A DNA stretch of 64,000 nucleotides from the human T2T-CHM13v2.0 reference genome, Homo sapiens: the NCBI RefSeq assembly GCF_009914755.1, contig NC_060948.1; one strand, written 5' to 3'. Each line of letters begins with the position of its first letter. Positions within the stretch are counted from its first letter, which is position 1. Positions 31,732 to 46,700 of the stretch are shown here, piece after piece. The position numbers and the translations under genes are program-made. The notes under the pieces are model-generated. The model did not search any database, was not told the DNA's origin, and saw only the letters and a program-made list of their open reading frames with translations.

Positions 31732-34700
31732 TGGACTCGTTTGGAATGGTCTAGTATGCAATGCAATCGACTGGCAGGGAATCAAAAGGAATGTAATCGA
31801 ATGGATTGGACTGGAATGCAATGGACTCGAATAGATTGGAAACGGAATGCAAAGGAATGGAATGGAATAGTATGGAATGGAATGGAAAGGAATGGAGTGG
31901 AATAGACTAGAGTGGAATGGAATGGACTCAAAAGCAATGGACTGGAATGGAACTTTCTTGAATGGACTGGAATCAAACGGAATGGAATGCAATGCAATCA
32001 AATGGCATGGAATAACATAGAATGAAAGAGAATCAAATGGAATTGAATGGAATGGAATCGAATGGATTGGAAAGGAATAGAATGGAATGGAATGGAATTG
32101 ACTCAAATGGAATGGACTAGAATGGAATGGATTCGAATGGAAGGCAAAGGAATGGAATCTATTGGAATGGACTGTAATGGAATGGAATGGAAGGGATTGG
32201 AATGGACTCGAATGGAATGGACTGCAATAGAAAGGATTCGAATGGAATGAAAAAGAATTGAATGGAATAGAACAGAATGGAATCAAATCGAATGAAATGG
32301 AATGGAATAGAAAGGAATGGAATGAAATGGAATGGAAAGGATTCGAATGGAATGCAATAGAATGGAATGGAATCGAACGGAATGGAATAAAATGGAAGAA
32401 AACTGGCAAGAAATGGAATCGAAATGAATGGAGTGTTATGGAACGGACTCATAAGGAATTGAATGTAATAGAATTGAGTGAAGTGGACTCGAATATAATG
32501 GACTGGAATGGAATGAAATCACATGGAATGGGAACGAATGGAATGGAATGGAAAGGAATGGAATCGAATGGAAAGGAATGGAATGGAAGGGAATGAAACT
32601 GAATCAACAGGAATGGAAGGGAGTAGAATAGACGGTAATGGAATGGACTCGAATAGAATGGACACGAATGCACAAATTGAATGGACTCGAATGGAATGGA
32701 AACGAAAGGAATGTCATCGAATGGAATTGAATCGATTGGAATGAAATCGCATAGAATGGAGTGGAATCAAATGGAATTGAGTCGAAAGGAAAGGAAGCGA
32801 ATGGACTGAAATGAAATGGAATGGAATGGAATGGAAAGTAATGCAATGGAATAGAATGGAACGAAATTTCACGGAATGGAATCAAACTGAATGGAATAAA
32901 ATCAATGGAATATAATCAAATGGAATGGAAAGGAATTGAATGGAGTAGATTGGATTGGATGGGATTGGAATGAAATGGAATGGAAAGGACTCGAATTTCA
33001 TGAAACGGAATGGAATGAATTGGAACGGAATGGACTCGAATGGAATGGAATGTCATGGAATTGCATCAAATGGAATGGCATCAAAGGGAATGGAATCGAA
33101 TGCAATGGAATGCTATGGAATGGATTGGAATGCATTGGAATGGAATGTCCTCTAATGGAATGGATTCGAGTGGAATGGAATCGAATATAATGGAGTCGAA
33201 TGAAATGGAATTGAAAGGAATGGGATCGAATACAATGGAATATACTGGAATGTAACGTAATGAACTCGAATGTAATTGACTGGAATGGAATGTACACGAA
33301 TGGAATGTAATCGAATGGAAAGTAATCCAATGGAATAGAATGTAATGCAATAAAATCGACTCAAATAGAATAGAATGCAATGGAATGGAGTGCAGTGCAA
33401 TGGAATGGAATGGAATGGAATGCAATGGAATGGAATGGAATGGAATGGAATGCAATGGGATGGAATGGTATGGAATGGATAGTAATGGACTGGAGTGAAA
33501 TGGACTGGAAAGGAATGGACTCAAATTGAAAGGTCTCGAAAGGAATGGAGTCAAATGGAATGGTCTGGAATGGAATGAACACGAATGTAATGCAATCCAA
33601 TAGAATGGAATCGAATGGCATGGAATATAAAGAAATGGAATCGAAGAGAATGGAAACAAATGGAATGGAATTGAATGGAATGGAATTGAATGGAATGGGA
33701 ACGAATGGAGTGAAATTGTATGCAGTAGAAGAGAATAGAATGGAATGCAAGCGAAAGGAAAGGAATGGATTGGAATGGAATGGAATTCATTGGAATGGAA
33801 GGGAATGTAGTGTAATGGACAGGCCTGGAATAAAGTGGAATGCTACGGTCTCGAATGGAATAAAAATGTATGGAATGGAATGCAATGAAACGGAATCGAA
33901 TGTCATAGAATGTAATGGAATGCAAAAAAATGGAATCCAAAATCATTGACTGGAAAGGCTGGGTGTCGAAAGGAATTGACTCCAATGGAATGGAATCGAA
34001 TGGAATGGAAGTGAATAGAATCGAACTAAATCGAATGGAATGGAATTGATAGGAACGGAATGGAAAGGAATGCAATGATTTGGCATGGAATGGAATCGAA
34101 TGGCATCGAATGGAATGGAATGGAATGCAATGGAATGGAATATATTAGAATGTAATGAACTTTAATGGAATGTACTCGAATGGATTCGACTGGAATGGAA
34201 TGTTCTGGAAGTGAATGGACTCCAATGGAATGGATTCGAAAGGAATGGAATCGTACGGAATGGAATCTAATGGAATGGAATTAAATGGAAATGAATCAAA
34301 TTGAATAGCACGGAATTGAATTGAATGGAATGGAATGCAATGGAATCTAATGAAACGGAAAGGAAAGGAATGGAATGGAATGGAATGGGCTGGAATGGAA
34401 AGGAATCGAAACGAATGGAATGGAATCGAACTGAAGAGACTGGAATGGAATGCACTGGAATGGAAGGGAGTGTAATGGAAGGTTCTCGAAAAAAATGGAA
34501 TCGAATGGAATGGAATTGAATGGAACGGAATAGAGTCGAATGGAATTGAATGGAATGGAATGGACTAGAGTGAAATGGAATCGAACCACAAGGAATGGAC
34601 AGGAATAGAATGGTCTCGAATTGAATGGAATCGTATGGAATGGCATCAAACGGAATGGAATGGACAGACACGGAATGGAATGCACTCGAATGCAATGGAG

Positions 34701-37700
34701 TCGAAACTAATGGACTGGAATAGAATGGACTCGACTGGTACGGACTCCAATGGAATGGAATCGAATGCAAGGGAATCGAACGGAATGGACTCGAAGGGAA
34801 AAGACTGCAATGGAAAGGTCTCGAATGGAATGGAAATTAATGGAATGGATTGGAATCGAATGAAATGGAGTCAAAAGGAATGGAATCGAATGGCAAGAAA
34901 TCGAATGTAATGGAATCGCAAGGAATTGATGTGAACGGAACGGAATGGAATGGAATCCAAAGGAATGGAATAGAATGGAATGGAATCGAATGGAAAGGAC
35001 TCGAATGGAAATCACTCGAATAGAATGCAATTTAATAAAATAGGATCAAATGTAATGGAATGGAATGGAAAGGAATCGAAACGAAAGGAATGGAGACAGA
35101 TGGAATGGAATGGAACAGAGAGCAATGGTATAGAATGGAATGGAATCATCTGGAATGGAATTGAATGGAATGGAATAACATGAAATGGAATGGAATGGAA
35201 TGGAATGCCCTTGAATTAAATGGACTTGAATGGAATGGACTCGAACAGAGTGGAATGGAAAGTGTTGAAATATAATGGAATGGACTCCTTTGGAATGGTC
35301 TAGTATGCAATGCAATCGACTGGCAGGGAATCAAAAGGAATGTAATCGAATGGATTGGACTGGAATGCAATGGATTCGAATAGATTGGAAACGGAATGCA
35401 AAGGAATGGAATGGAATAGTATGGAATGGAATGGAAAGGAATGGAGTGGAATAGACTAGAGTGGAATGGAATGGACTGGAAAGCAATGGACTGGAATGGA
35501 ACTTTCTTGAATGGACTGGAATCAAACGGAATGGAATGCAATGCAATCAAATGGCATGGAATAAAATAGAATGAAAGAGAATCAAACGGAATTGAATCGA
35601 ATGGAATCGAATGGATTGGAAAGGAATAGAATGGAATGGAATGGAATTGACTCAAATGGAATGGACTAGAATGGAATGGATTCGAATGGAAGGCAAAGGA
35701 ATGGAATCTATTGGAATGGACTGTAATGGAATGGAATGGAAGGGATTGGAATGGACTCGAATGGAATGGACTGCAATAGAAAGGATTCGAATGGAATGAA
35801 AAAGAATTGAATGGAATAGAACAGAATGGAATCAAACCTCATGAAATAGAATGGAATAGAAAGGAATGGAATGAAATGGAATGGAAAGGATTCGAATGGA
35901 ATGCAATCGAATGGAATGCAATCGAATGGAATGGAATCGAACGGAATGGAATAAAATGGAAGAAAACTGGCAAGAAATGGAATCGAAATGAATGGAGTGT
36001 TATGGATCGGACTCAAAAGGAATTGAATGTAATAGAATGGAGTGGAGTGGACTCGAATATAATGGACTGGAATGGAATGAAATCACATGGAATGGGAACG
36101 AATGGAATGGAATGGAAAGGAATGGAATCGAATGGAAAGGAATCGAATGGAAGGGAATGAAATTGAATCAACAGGAATGGAAGGGAGTAGAATAGACGGT
36201 AATGGAATGGACTCGAATAGAATGGACACGAATGCTCAAATTGAATGGACTCGAATGGAATGGAAACGAAAGGAATGTCATCGAATGGAATTGAATCGGT
36301 TGGAATGAAATCGCATAGAATGGAGTGGAATCAAATGGAATTGAATCGAAAGGAAAGGAAGCGAATGGACTGAAATGAAATGGAATGGAATTGAATGGAA
36401 AGTAATGCAATGGAATAGAATGGAACGAAATTTCACGGAATGGAATCAAACTGAATGGAATCAAATCAATGGAATATAATCAAATGGAATGGAAAGGAAT
36501 TGAATGGAGTAGATTGGGTTGGATGGGATTGGAATGAAATGGAATGGAAAGGACTCGAATTTCATGAAACGGAATGGAATGAATTGGAACGGAATGGACT
36601 CGAATGGAATGGAATGACATGGAATGGCAAGAAATGGAATGGCATCAAAGGGAATGGAATCGAATGCAATGGAATGCTATGGAATGGAATGGAATGCATT
36701 GGAATGGAATGTCCTCTAATGGAATGGATTCGAGTGGAATGGAATCGAATATAATGGAGTCTAATGAAATGGAATTGAAAGGAATGGGATCCAATACAAT
36801 GGAATATACTGGAATGTAATGTAATGAACTCGAATGTAATTGACTGGAATGGAATGTACATGAGTGGAATGTAATCGAATGGAAAGTAATCCAATGGAAT
36901 AGAATCTAATGCAATAAAATCGACTCAAATAGAGTAGAATGTAATGGAATGGAGTGTAGTGCAATGGAATGGAATGGAATGGGATGGAATGGTATGGAAT
37001 GGATAGTAATGGACTGGAGTGAAATGGACTGGAAAATAATGGACTCAAATTGAAAGGGCTCGAAAGGAATGGAGTCAAATGGAATGGTCTGGAATGGAAT
37101 GAACACGAATGTAATGCAATCCAATAGAATGGAATCGAATGGCATGGAATATAAAGAAATGGAATCGAAGAGAATGGAAACAAATGGAATGGAATTGAAT
37201 GGAATGGAATTGAATGGAATGGGAACGAATGGAGTGAAATTGTATGCAGTAGAAGAGAATAGAATGGAATGCAAGCGAAAGGAAAGGAATGGATTGGAAT
37301 GGAATGGAATTCATTGGAATGGAAGGGAATGTAGTGTAATGGACAGGCCTGGAATAAAGTGGAATGCTACGGTCTCGAATGGAATAAAAATGTATGGAAT
37401 GGAATGCAATGAAACGGAATCGAATGTCATAGAATGTAATGGAATGCAAAAAAATGGACTCCAAAATCATTGACTGGAAAGGCTGGGTGTCGAAAGGAAT
37501 TGACTCCAATGGAATGGAATCGAATGGAATGGAAGTGAATAGAATCGAACTAAATCGAATGGAATGGAATTGATAGGAACGGAATGGAAAGGAATGCAAT
37601 GATTTGGCATGGAATGGAATCGAAAGGCATCGAATGGAATGGAATGGAATGCAATGGAATGGAATGTATTAGAATGTAATGAACATTAATGGAAAGTACT

Positions 37701-40700
37701 CGAATGGATTCGACTGGAATGGAATGTTCTGGAAGTGAATGGACTCCAATGGAATGGATTCGAAAGGAATGGAATCGAACGGAATGGAATTAAACGGAAA
37801 TGAATCAAATAGAATAGAACGGAATTGAATTGAATGGAATCGAATGCAATGGAATCTAATGAAACGGAAAGGAATGGAATGGAATGGGCTGGAATGGAAT
37901 GGAATCGAAACGAATGGAATGGAATCGAACTGAAGAGACTGGAATGGAATACACTGGAATGGAAGGGAATGTAATGGAAGGTTCTCGAAAAAAATGTAAT
38001 TGAAAGGAATGGAATTGAGTGGAACGGAATAGAGTCGAATGGAATTCAATGGAATGGAATGGACTAGAGTGAAATGGAATCGAACCACAAGGAATGGACA
38101 GGAATAGAATGGTCTCGAATTGAATGGAATCGTATGGAATGGCATCAAACGGAATGGAATGGACAGCCACGGAATGGAATGCACTCGAATGCAATGGAGT
38201 CGAAACTAATGGACTGGAATAGAATGGACTCGACTGGTACGGACTCCAATGGAATGGAATCGAATGGAAGGGAATCGAACGGAATGGACTCGAAGGGAAA
38301 AGACTGCAATGGAAAGGTCTCGAATGGAATGGAAATTAATGGAATGGAATGGAATCGAATGAAATGGAGTCAAAAGGAATGGAATCGAATGGCAAGAAAT
38401 CGAATGTAATGGAATCACAAGGAATTGATGTGAACGGAACGGAATGGAATGGAATCCAAAGGAATGGAATAGAATGGAATGGAATCGAATGGAAAGGACT
38501 CGAATGGAAATCACTCGAATAGAATGCAATTTAATAAAATAGGATCAAATGTAATGGAATGGAATGGAAAGGAATCGAAACGAAAGGAATGGAGACAGAT
38601 GGAATGGAATGGAACAGAGAGCAATGGTATAGAATGGAATGGAATCATCTGGAATGGAATTGAATGGAATGGAATAACATGAAATGGACTGGAATGGAAT
38701 GGAATGCCCTTGAATTAAATGGACTGGAATGGAATGGACTCGAACAGAGTGGAATGGAAAGTGTTGAAATAGAATGGAATGGACTCGTTTGGAATGGTCT
38801 AGTATGCAATGCAATCGACTGGCAGGGAATCAAAAGGAATGTAATCGAATGGATTGGACTGGAATGCAATGGACTCGAATAGATTGGAAACGGAATGCAA
38901 AGGAATGGAATGGAATAGTATGGAATGGAATGGAAAGGAATGGAGTGGAATAGACTAGAGTGGAATGGAATGGACTCGAAAGCAATGGACTGGAATGGAA
39001 CTTTCTTGAATGGACTGGAATCAAACGGAATGGAATGTAATGCAATCAAATGGCATGGAATAAAATAGAATGAAAGAGAATCAAATGGAATTGAATCGAA
39101 TGGAATCGAATGGATTGGAAAGGAATAGAATGGAATGGAATGGAATTGACTCAAATGGAATGGACTAGAATGGAATGGATTCGAATGGAAGGCAAAGGAA
39201 TGGAATCTATTGGAATGGACTGTAATGGAATGGAATGGAAGGGATTGGAATGGACTCGAATGGAATGGACTGCAATAGAAAGGATTCGAATGGAATGAAA
39301 AAGAATTGAATGGAATAGAACAGAATGGAATCAAATCGAATGAAATGGAATGGAATAGAAAGGAATGGAATGAAATGGAATGGAAAGGATTCGAATGGAA
39401 TGCAATCGAATGGAATGGAATCGAACGGAATGGAATAAAATGGAAGAAAACTGGCAAGAAATGGAATCGAAATGAATGGAGTGTTATGGAACGGACTCAA
39501 AAGGAATTGAATGTAATAGAATGGAGTGGAGTGGACTCGAATATAATAGACTGGAATGGAATGAAATCACATGGAATGGGAACGAATGGAATGGAATGGA
39601 AAGGAATGGAATCGAATGGAAAGGAATCGAATGGAAGGGAATGAAATTGAATCAACAGGAATGGAAAGGAGTAGAATAGACGGTAATGGAATGGGCTCGA
39701 ATAGAATGGACACGAATGCTCAAATTAAATGGACTCGAATTGAATGGAAACGAAAGGAATGTCATCGAATGGAATTGAATCGATTGGAATGAAATCACAT
39801 ATAATGGAGTGGAATCAAATGGAATTGAATCGAAAGGAAAGGAAGCGAATGGACTGAAATGAAATGGAATGGAATTGAATGGAAAGTAATGCAATGGAAT
39901 AGAATGGAAAGAAATTTCACGGAATGGAATCAAACTGAATGGAATCAAATCAATGGAATATAATCAAATGGAATGGAAAGGAATTGAATGGAGTAGATAG
40001 GATTGGATGGGATTGGAATGAAATGTACTGGAAAGGACTCGAATTTCATGAAACGGAATGGAATGAATTAGAACGGAATGGACTCGAATGGAATGGAATA
40101 TCACGGAATGGCATCAAATGGAATGGCATCAATTGGAATGGAATCGAATGCAATGGAATGCTATGGAATGGAATGGAAAGCATTGGAATGGAATGTCCTC
40201 TAATGGAATGGATTCGAGTGGAATGGAATCGAATATAATGGAGTCTAATGAAATGGAATTGAAAGGAATGGGATCCAATACAATGGAATATACTGGAATG
40301 TAATGTAATGAACTCGAATGTAATTGACTGGAATGGAATGTACATGAATGGAATGTAATCGAATGGAAAGTAATCCAATGGAATAGAATCTAATGCAATA
40401 AAATCGACTCAAGTAGAGTAGAATATAATGGAATGGAGTGCAGTGCAATGGAATGGAATGGAATGGAATGCAATGGAATGGAATGGAATGGAATGGAATG
40501 GAATGGGATGGAATGGTATGGAATGGATAGTAATGGACTGGAGTGAAATGGACTGGAAAGGAATGGACTCAAATTGAAAGGGCTCGAAAGGAATGGAGTC
40601 AAATGGAATGGTCTGGAATGGAATGAACACGAATGTAATGCAATCCAATAGAATGGAATCGAATGGCATGGAATATAAAGAAATGGAATCGAAGAGAATG

Positions 40701-43700
40701 GAAACAAATGGAATGGAATTGAATGGAATGGAATTGAATGGAATGGGAACGAATGGAGTGAAATTGTATGCAGTAGAAGAGAATAGAATGGAATGCAAGC
40801 GAAAGGAAAGGAATGGATTGGAATGGAATGGAATTCATTGGAATGGAAGGGAATGTAGTGTAATGGACAGGCCTGGAATAAAGTGGAATGCTACGGTCTC
40901 GAATGGAATAAAAATGTATGGAATGGAATGCAATGAAACGGAATCGAATGTCATAGAATGTAATGGAATGCAAAAAAATGGAATCCAAAATCATTGACTG
41001 GAAAGGCTGGGTGTCGAAAGGAATTGACTCCAATGGAATGGAATCGAATGGCATGGAAGTGAATAGAATGGAACTAAATCGAATGGAATGGAATTGATAG
41101 GAACGGAATGGAAAGGAATGCAATGATTTGGCATGGAATGGAATCGAATGGCATCGAATGGAATGGAATGGAATGCAATGGAATGGAATGTATTAGAATG
41201 TAATGAACTTTAATGGAATGTACTCGAATGGATTCGACTGGAATGGAATGTTCTCGAAGTGAATGGACTCCAATGGAATGGATTCGAAAGGAATGGAATC
41301 TAATGGAATGGAATTAAATGGAAATGAATCAAATTGAATAGAACGGAATTGAATTGAATGGAATCGAATGCAATGGAATCTAATGAAAAGGAAAGGAAAG
41401 GAATGGAATGGATTGGAATGGAATGGGCTGGAATGGAATGGAATCGAAACGAATGGAATGGAATCGAACTGAAGAGACTGGAATGGAATGCACTGGAATG
41501 GAAGGGAATGTAATGGAAGGTTCTCAAGAAAAATGGAATCGAAAGGAATGGAATTGAATGGAACGGAATAGAGTCGAATGGAATTCAATGGAATGGAATG
41601 GACTAGAGTGAAATGGAATCGAACCACAAGGAATGGACAGGAATAGAATGGTCTCGAATTGAATAGAATCGTATGGAATGGCATCAAACGGAATGGAATG
41701 GACAGCCACGGAATGGAATGCACTCGAATGCAATGGAGTCGAAACTAATGGAGTGGAATAGAATGGACTCGACTGGTACGGACTCCAATGGAATGGAATC
41801 GAATGGAAGGGTATCGAACGGAATGGACTCGAAGGGAAAAGACTGCAATGGAAAGGTCTCGAATGGAATGGAAATTAATGGAATGGAATGGAATCGAATG
41901 AAATGGAGTCAAAAGGAATGGAATCGAATGGCAAGAAATCGAATGTAATGGAATCGCAAGGAATTGAAGTGAACGGAACGGAATGCAATGGAATCCAAAG
42001 GAATGGAATAGAATGGAATGGAATCGAATGGAAAGGACTCGAATGGAAATCACTCGAATAGAATGCAATTTAATAAAATAGGATCAAATGTAATGGAATG
42101 GAATGGAAAGGAATCGAAACGAAAGGAATGGAGACAGATGGAATGGAATGGAACAGAGAGCAATGGTATAGAATGGAATGGAATCATCTGGAATGGAATT
42201 GAATGGAATGGAATAATATGAAATGGAATGGAATGGAATGGAATGCCCTTGAATTAAATGGACTGGAATGGAATGGACTCGAACAGAGTGGAATGGAAAG
42301 TGTTGAAATAGAATGGAATGGACTCGTTTGGAATGGTCTAGTATGCAATGCAATCGACTGGCAGAGAATCAAAAGGAATGTAATCGAATGGATTGGACTG
42401 GAATGCAATGGACTCGAATAGATTGGAAACGGAAAGCAAAGGAATGGAATGGAATAGTATGGAATGGAATGGAAAGGAATGGAGTGGAATAGACTAGAGT
42501 GGAATGGAATGGACTGGAAAGCAATGGACTGGAATGGAACTTTCTTGAATGGACTGGAATCAAACGGAATGGAATGCAATGCAATCAAATGGCATGGAAT
42601 AAAATAGAATGAAAGAGAATCAAATGGAATTGAATCGAATGGAATCGAATGGATTGGAAAGGAATAGAATGGAATGGAACGGAATTGACTCAAATGGAAT
42701 GGACTAGAATGGAATGGATTCGAATGGAAGGCAAATGAATGGAATCTATTGGAATGGACTGTAATGGAATGGAATGGAAGGGATTGGAATGGACTCGAAT
42801 GGAATGGACTGCAATAGAAAGGATTCGAATGGAATGAAAAAGAATTGAATGGAATAGAACAGAATGGAATCAAATCGAATGAAATGGAATGGAAGAGAAA
42901 GGAATGGAATGAAATGGAATGGAAAGGATTCGAATGGAATGCAATCGAATGGAATGGAATCGAACGGAATGGAATAAAATGGAAGAAAACTGGCAAGAAA
43001 TGGAATCGAAATGAATGGAGTGTTATGGAACGGACTCAAAAGGAATTGAATGTAATAGAATGGAGTGGAGTGGACTCGAATATAATGGACTGGAATGGAA
43101 TGAAATCACATGGAATGGGAACGAATGGAATGGAATGGAAAGGAATGGAATCGAATGGAAAGGAATCGAATGGAAGGGAATGAAATTGAATCAACAGGAA
43201 TGGAAGGGAATAGAATAGACGGTAATGGAATGGACTCGAATAGAATGGACACGAATGCTCAAATTGAATGGACTCGAATGGAATGGAAACGAAAGGAATG
43301 TCATCGAATGGAATTGAATCGATTGGAATGAAATCGCATAGAATGGAGTGGAATCAAATGGAATTGAATCGAAAGGAAAGGAAGCGAATGGACTGAAATG
43401 AAATGGAATGGAATTGAATGGAAAGTAATGCAATGGAATAGAATGGAACGAAATTTCACGGAATGGAATCAAACTGAATGGAATCAAATCAATGGAATCA
43501 AATCAAATGGAATGGAAAGGAATTGAATGGAGTAGATTGGATTGGATGGGATTGGAATGAAATGTACTGGAAAGGACTCGAAATTCATGAAACGGAATGG
43601 AATGAACTGGAACGGAATGGAATCGAATGGAATGGAATGTCATGGAATGGCATCAAATGGAATGGAATCGAATGCGATGGAATGCTATGGAATGGAATGG

Positions 43701-46700
43701 AATGCATAGGAATGGAATGTCCTCTAATGGAATGTATTCGAGTGGAATGGAATCGAATATAATGGAGTCTAATGAAATGGAATTGAAAGGAATGGGATCG
43801 AATACAATGGAATAAACTGGAATGTAATGTAATGAACTCGAATGTAATTGACTGGAATGGAATGTACATGAATGGAATGTAATCGAATGGAAAGCAATCC
43901 AATGGAATAGAATCTAATGCAATAAAATCGACTCAAATAGAGTAGAATGTAATGGAATGGAGTGCAGTGCAATGGAATGGAATGGAATGCAACGGAATGG
44001 AATGGAATGGAATGGAATGGGATGGAATGGTATGGAATGGATAGTAATGGACTGGAGTGAAATGGACTGGAAAAGAATGGACTCAAATTGAAAGGGCTCG
44101 AAAGGAATGGAGTCAAATGGAATGGTCTGGAATGGAATGAACACGAATGTAATGCAATCCAATAGAATGGAATCGAATGGCATAGAATATAAAGAAATGG
44201 AATCGAAGAGAATGGAAACAAATGGAATGGAATTGAATGGAATGGAATTGAATGGAATGGGAACGAATGGAGTGAAATTGTATGCAGTAGAAGAGAATAG
44301 AATGGAATGCAAGCGAAAGGAAAGGAATGGATTGGAATGGAATGGAATTCATTGGAATGGAAGGGAATGTAGTGTAATGGACAGGCCTGGAATAAAGTGG
44401 AATGCTACGGTCTCGAATGGAATAAAAATGTATGGAATGGAATGCAATGAAACGGAATCGAATGTCATAGAATGTAATGGAATGCAAAAAAATGGACTCC
44501 AAAATCATTGACTGGAAAGGCTGGGTGTCGAAAGGAATTGACTCCAATGGAATGGAATCGAATGGAATGGAAGTGAATAGAATCGAACTAAATCGAATGG
44601 AATGGAATTGATAGGAACGGAATGGAAAGGAATGCAATGATTTGGCATGGAATGGAATCGAATGGCATCGAATGGAATGGAATGGAATGCAATGGAATGG
44701 AATGTATTAGAATGTAATGAACTTTAATGGAATGTACTCGAATGGATTCGACTGGAATGGAATGTTCTCGAAGTGAATGGACTCCAATGGAATGGATTCG
44801 AAAGGAATAGAATCTAATGGAATGGAATTAAATGGAAATGAATCAAATTGAATAGAACGGAATTGAATTGAATGGAATCGAATGCAATGGAATCTAATGA
44901 AAAGGAAAGGAAAGGAATGGAATGGATTGGAATGGAATGGGCTGGAATGGAATGGAATCGAAACGAATGGAATGGAATCGAACTGAAGAGACTGGAATGG
45001 AATGCACTGGAATGGAAGGGAATGTAATGGAAGGTTCTCAAGAAAAATGGAATCGAAAGGAATGGAATTGAATGGAACGGAATAGAGTCGAATGGAATTC
45101 AATGGAATGGAATGGACTAGAGTGAAATGGAATCGAACCACAAGGAATGGACAGGAATAGAATGGTCTCGAATTGAATGGAATCGTATGGAATGGCATCA
45201 AACGGAATGGAATGGACAGCCACGGAATGGAATGCACTCGAATGCAATGGAGTCGACACTAACGGAGTGGAATAGAATGGACTCGACTGGTACGGACTCC
45301 AATGGAATGGAATCGAATGGAAGGGTATCGAACGGAATGGGCTCGAAGGGAAAAGACTGCAATGGAAAGGTCTCGAATGGAATGGAAATTAATGGAATGG
45401 AATGGAATCGAATGAAATGGAGTCAAAAGGAATGGAATCGAATGGCAAGAAATCGAATGTAATGGAATCGCAAGGAATTGAAGTGAACGGAACGGAATGC
45501 AATGGAATCCAAAGGAATGGAATAGAATGGAATGGAATCGAATGGAAAGGACTCGAATGGAAATCACTCGAATAGAATGCAATTTAATAAAATAGGATCA
45601 AATGTAATGGAATGGAACGGAAAGGAATCGAAACGAAAGGAATGGAGACAGATGGAATGGAATGGAACAGAGAGCAATGGTATAGAATGGAATGGAATCA
45701 TCTGGAATGGAATTGAATGGAATGGAATAATATGAAATGGAATGGAATGGAATGGAATGCCCTTGAATTAAATGGACTGGAATGGAATGGACTCGAACAG
45801 AGTGGAATGGAAAGTGTTGAAATAGAATGGAATGGACTCGTTTGGAATGGTCTAGTATGCAATGCAATCGACTGGCAGGGAATCAAAAGGAATGTAATCG
45901 AATGGATTGGACTGGAATGCAATGGACTCGAATAGATTGGAAACGGAAAGCAAAGGAATGGAATGGAATAGTATGGAATGGAATGGAAAGGAATGGAGTG
46001 GAATAGACTAGAGTGGAATGGAATGGACTGGAAAGCAATGGACTGGAATGGAACTTTCTTGAATGGACTGGAATCAAACGGAATGGAATGCAATGCAATC
46101 AAATGGCATGGAATAAAATAGAATGAAAGAGAATCAAATGGAATTGAATCGAATGGAATCGAATGGATTGGAAAGGAATAGAATGGAATGGAACGGAATT
46201 GACTCAAATGGAATGGACTAGAATGGAATGGATTCGAATGGAAGGCAAATGAATGGAATCTATTGGAATGGACTGTAATGGAATGGAATGGAAGGGATTG
46301 GAATGGACTCGAATGGAATGGACTGCAATAGAAAGGATTCGAATGTAATGAAAAAGAATTGAATGGAATAGAACAGAATGGAATCAAATCGAATGAAATG
46401 GAATGGAAGAGAAAGGAATGGAATGAAATGGAATGGAAAGGATTCGAATGGAATGCAATCGAATGGAATGGAATCGAACGGAATGGAATAAAATGGAAGA
46501 AAACTGGCAAGAAATGGAATCGAAATGAATGGAGTGTTATGGAACGGACTCAAAAGGAATTGAATGTAATAGAATGGAGTGGAGTGGACTCGAATATAAT
46601 GGACTGGAATGGAATGAAATCACATGGAATGGGAACGAATGGAATGGAATGGAAAGGAATGGAATCGAATGGAAAGGAATCGAATGGAAGGGAATGAAAT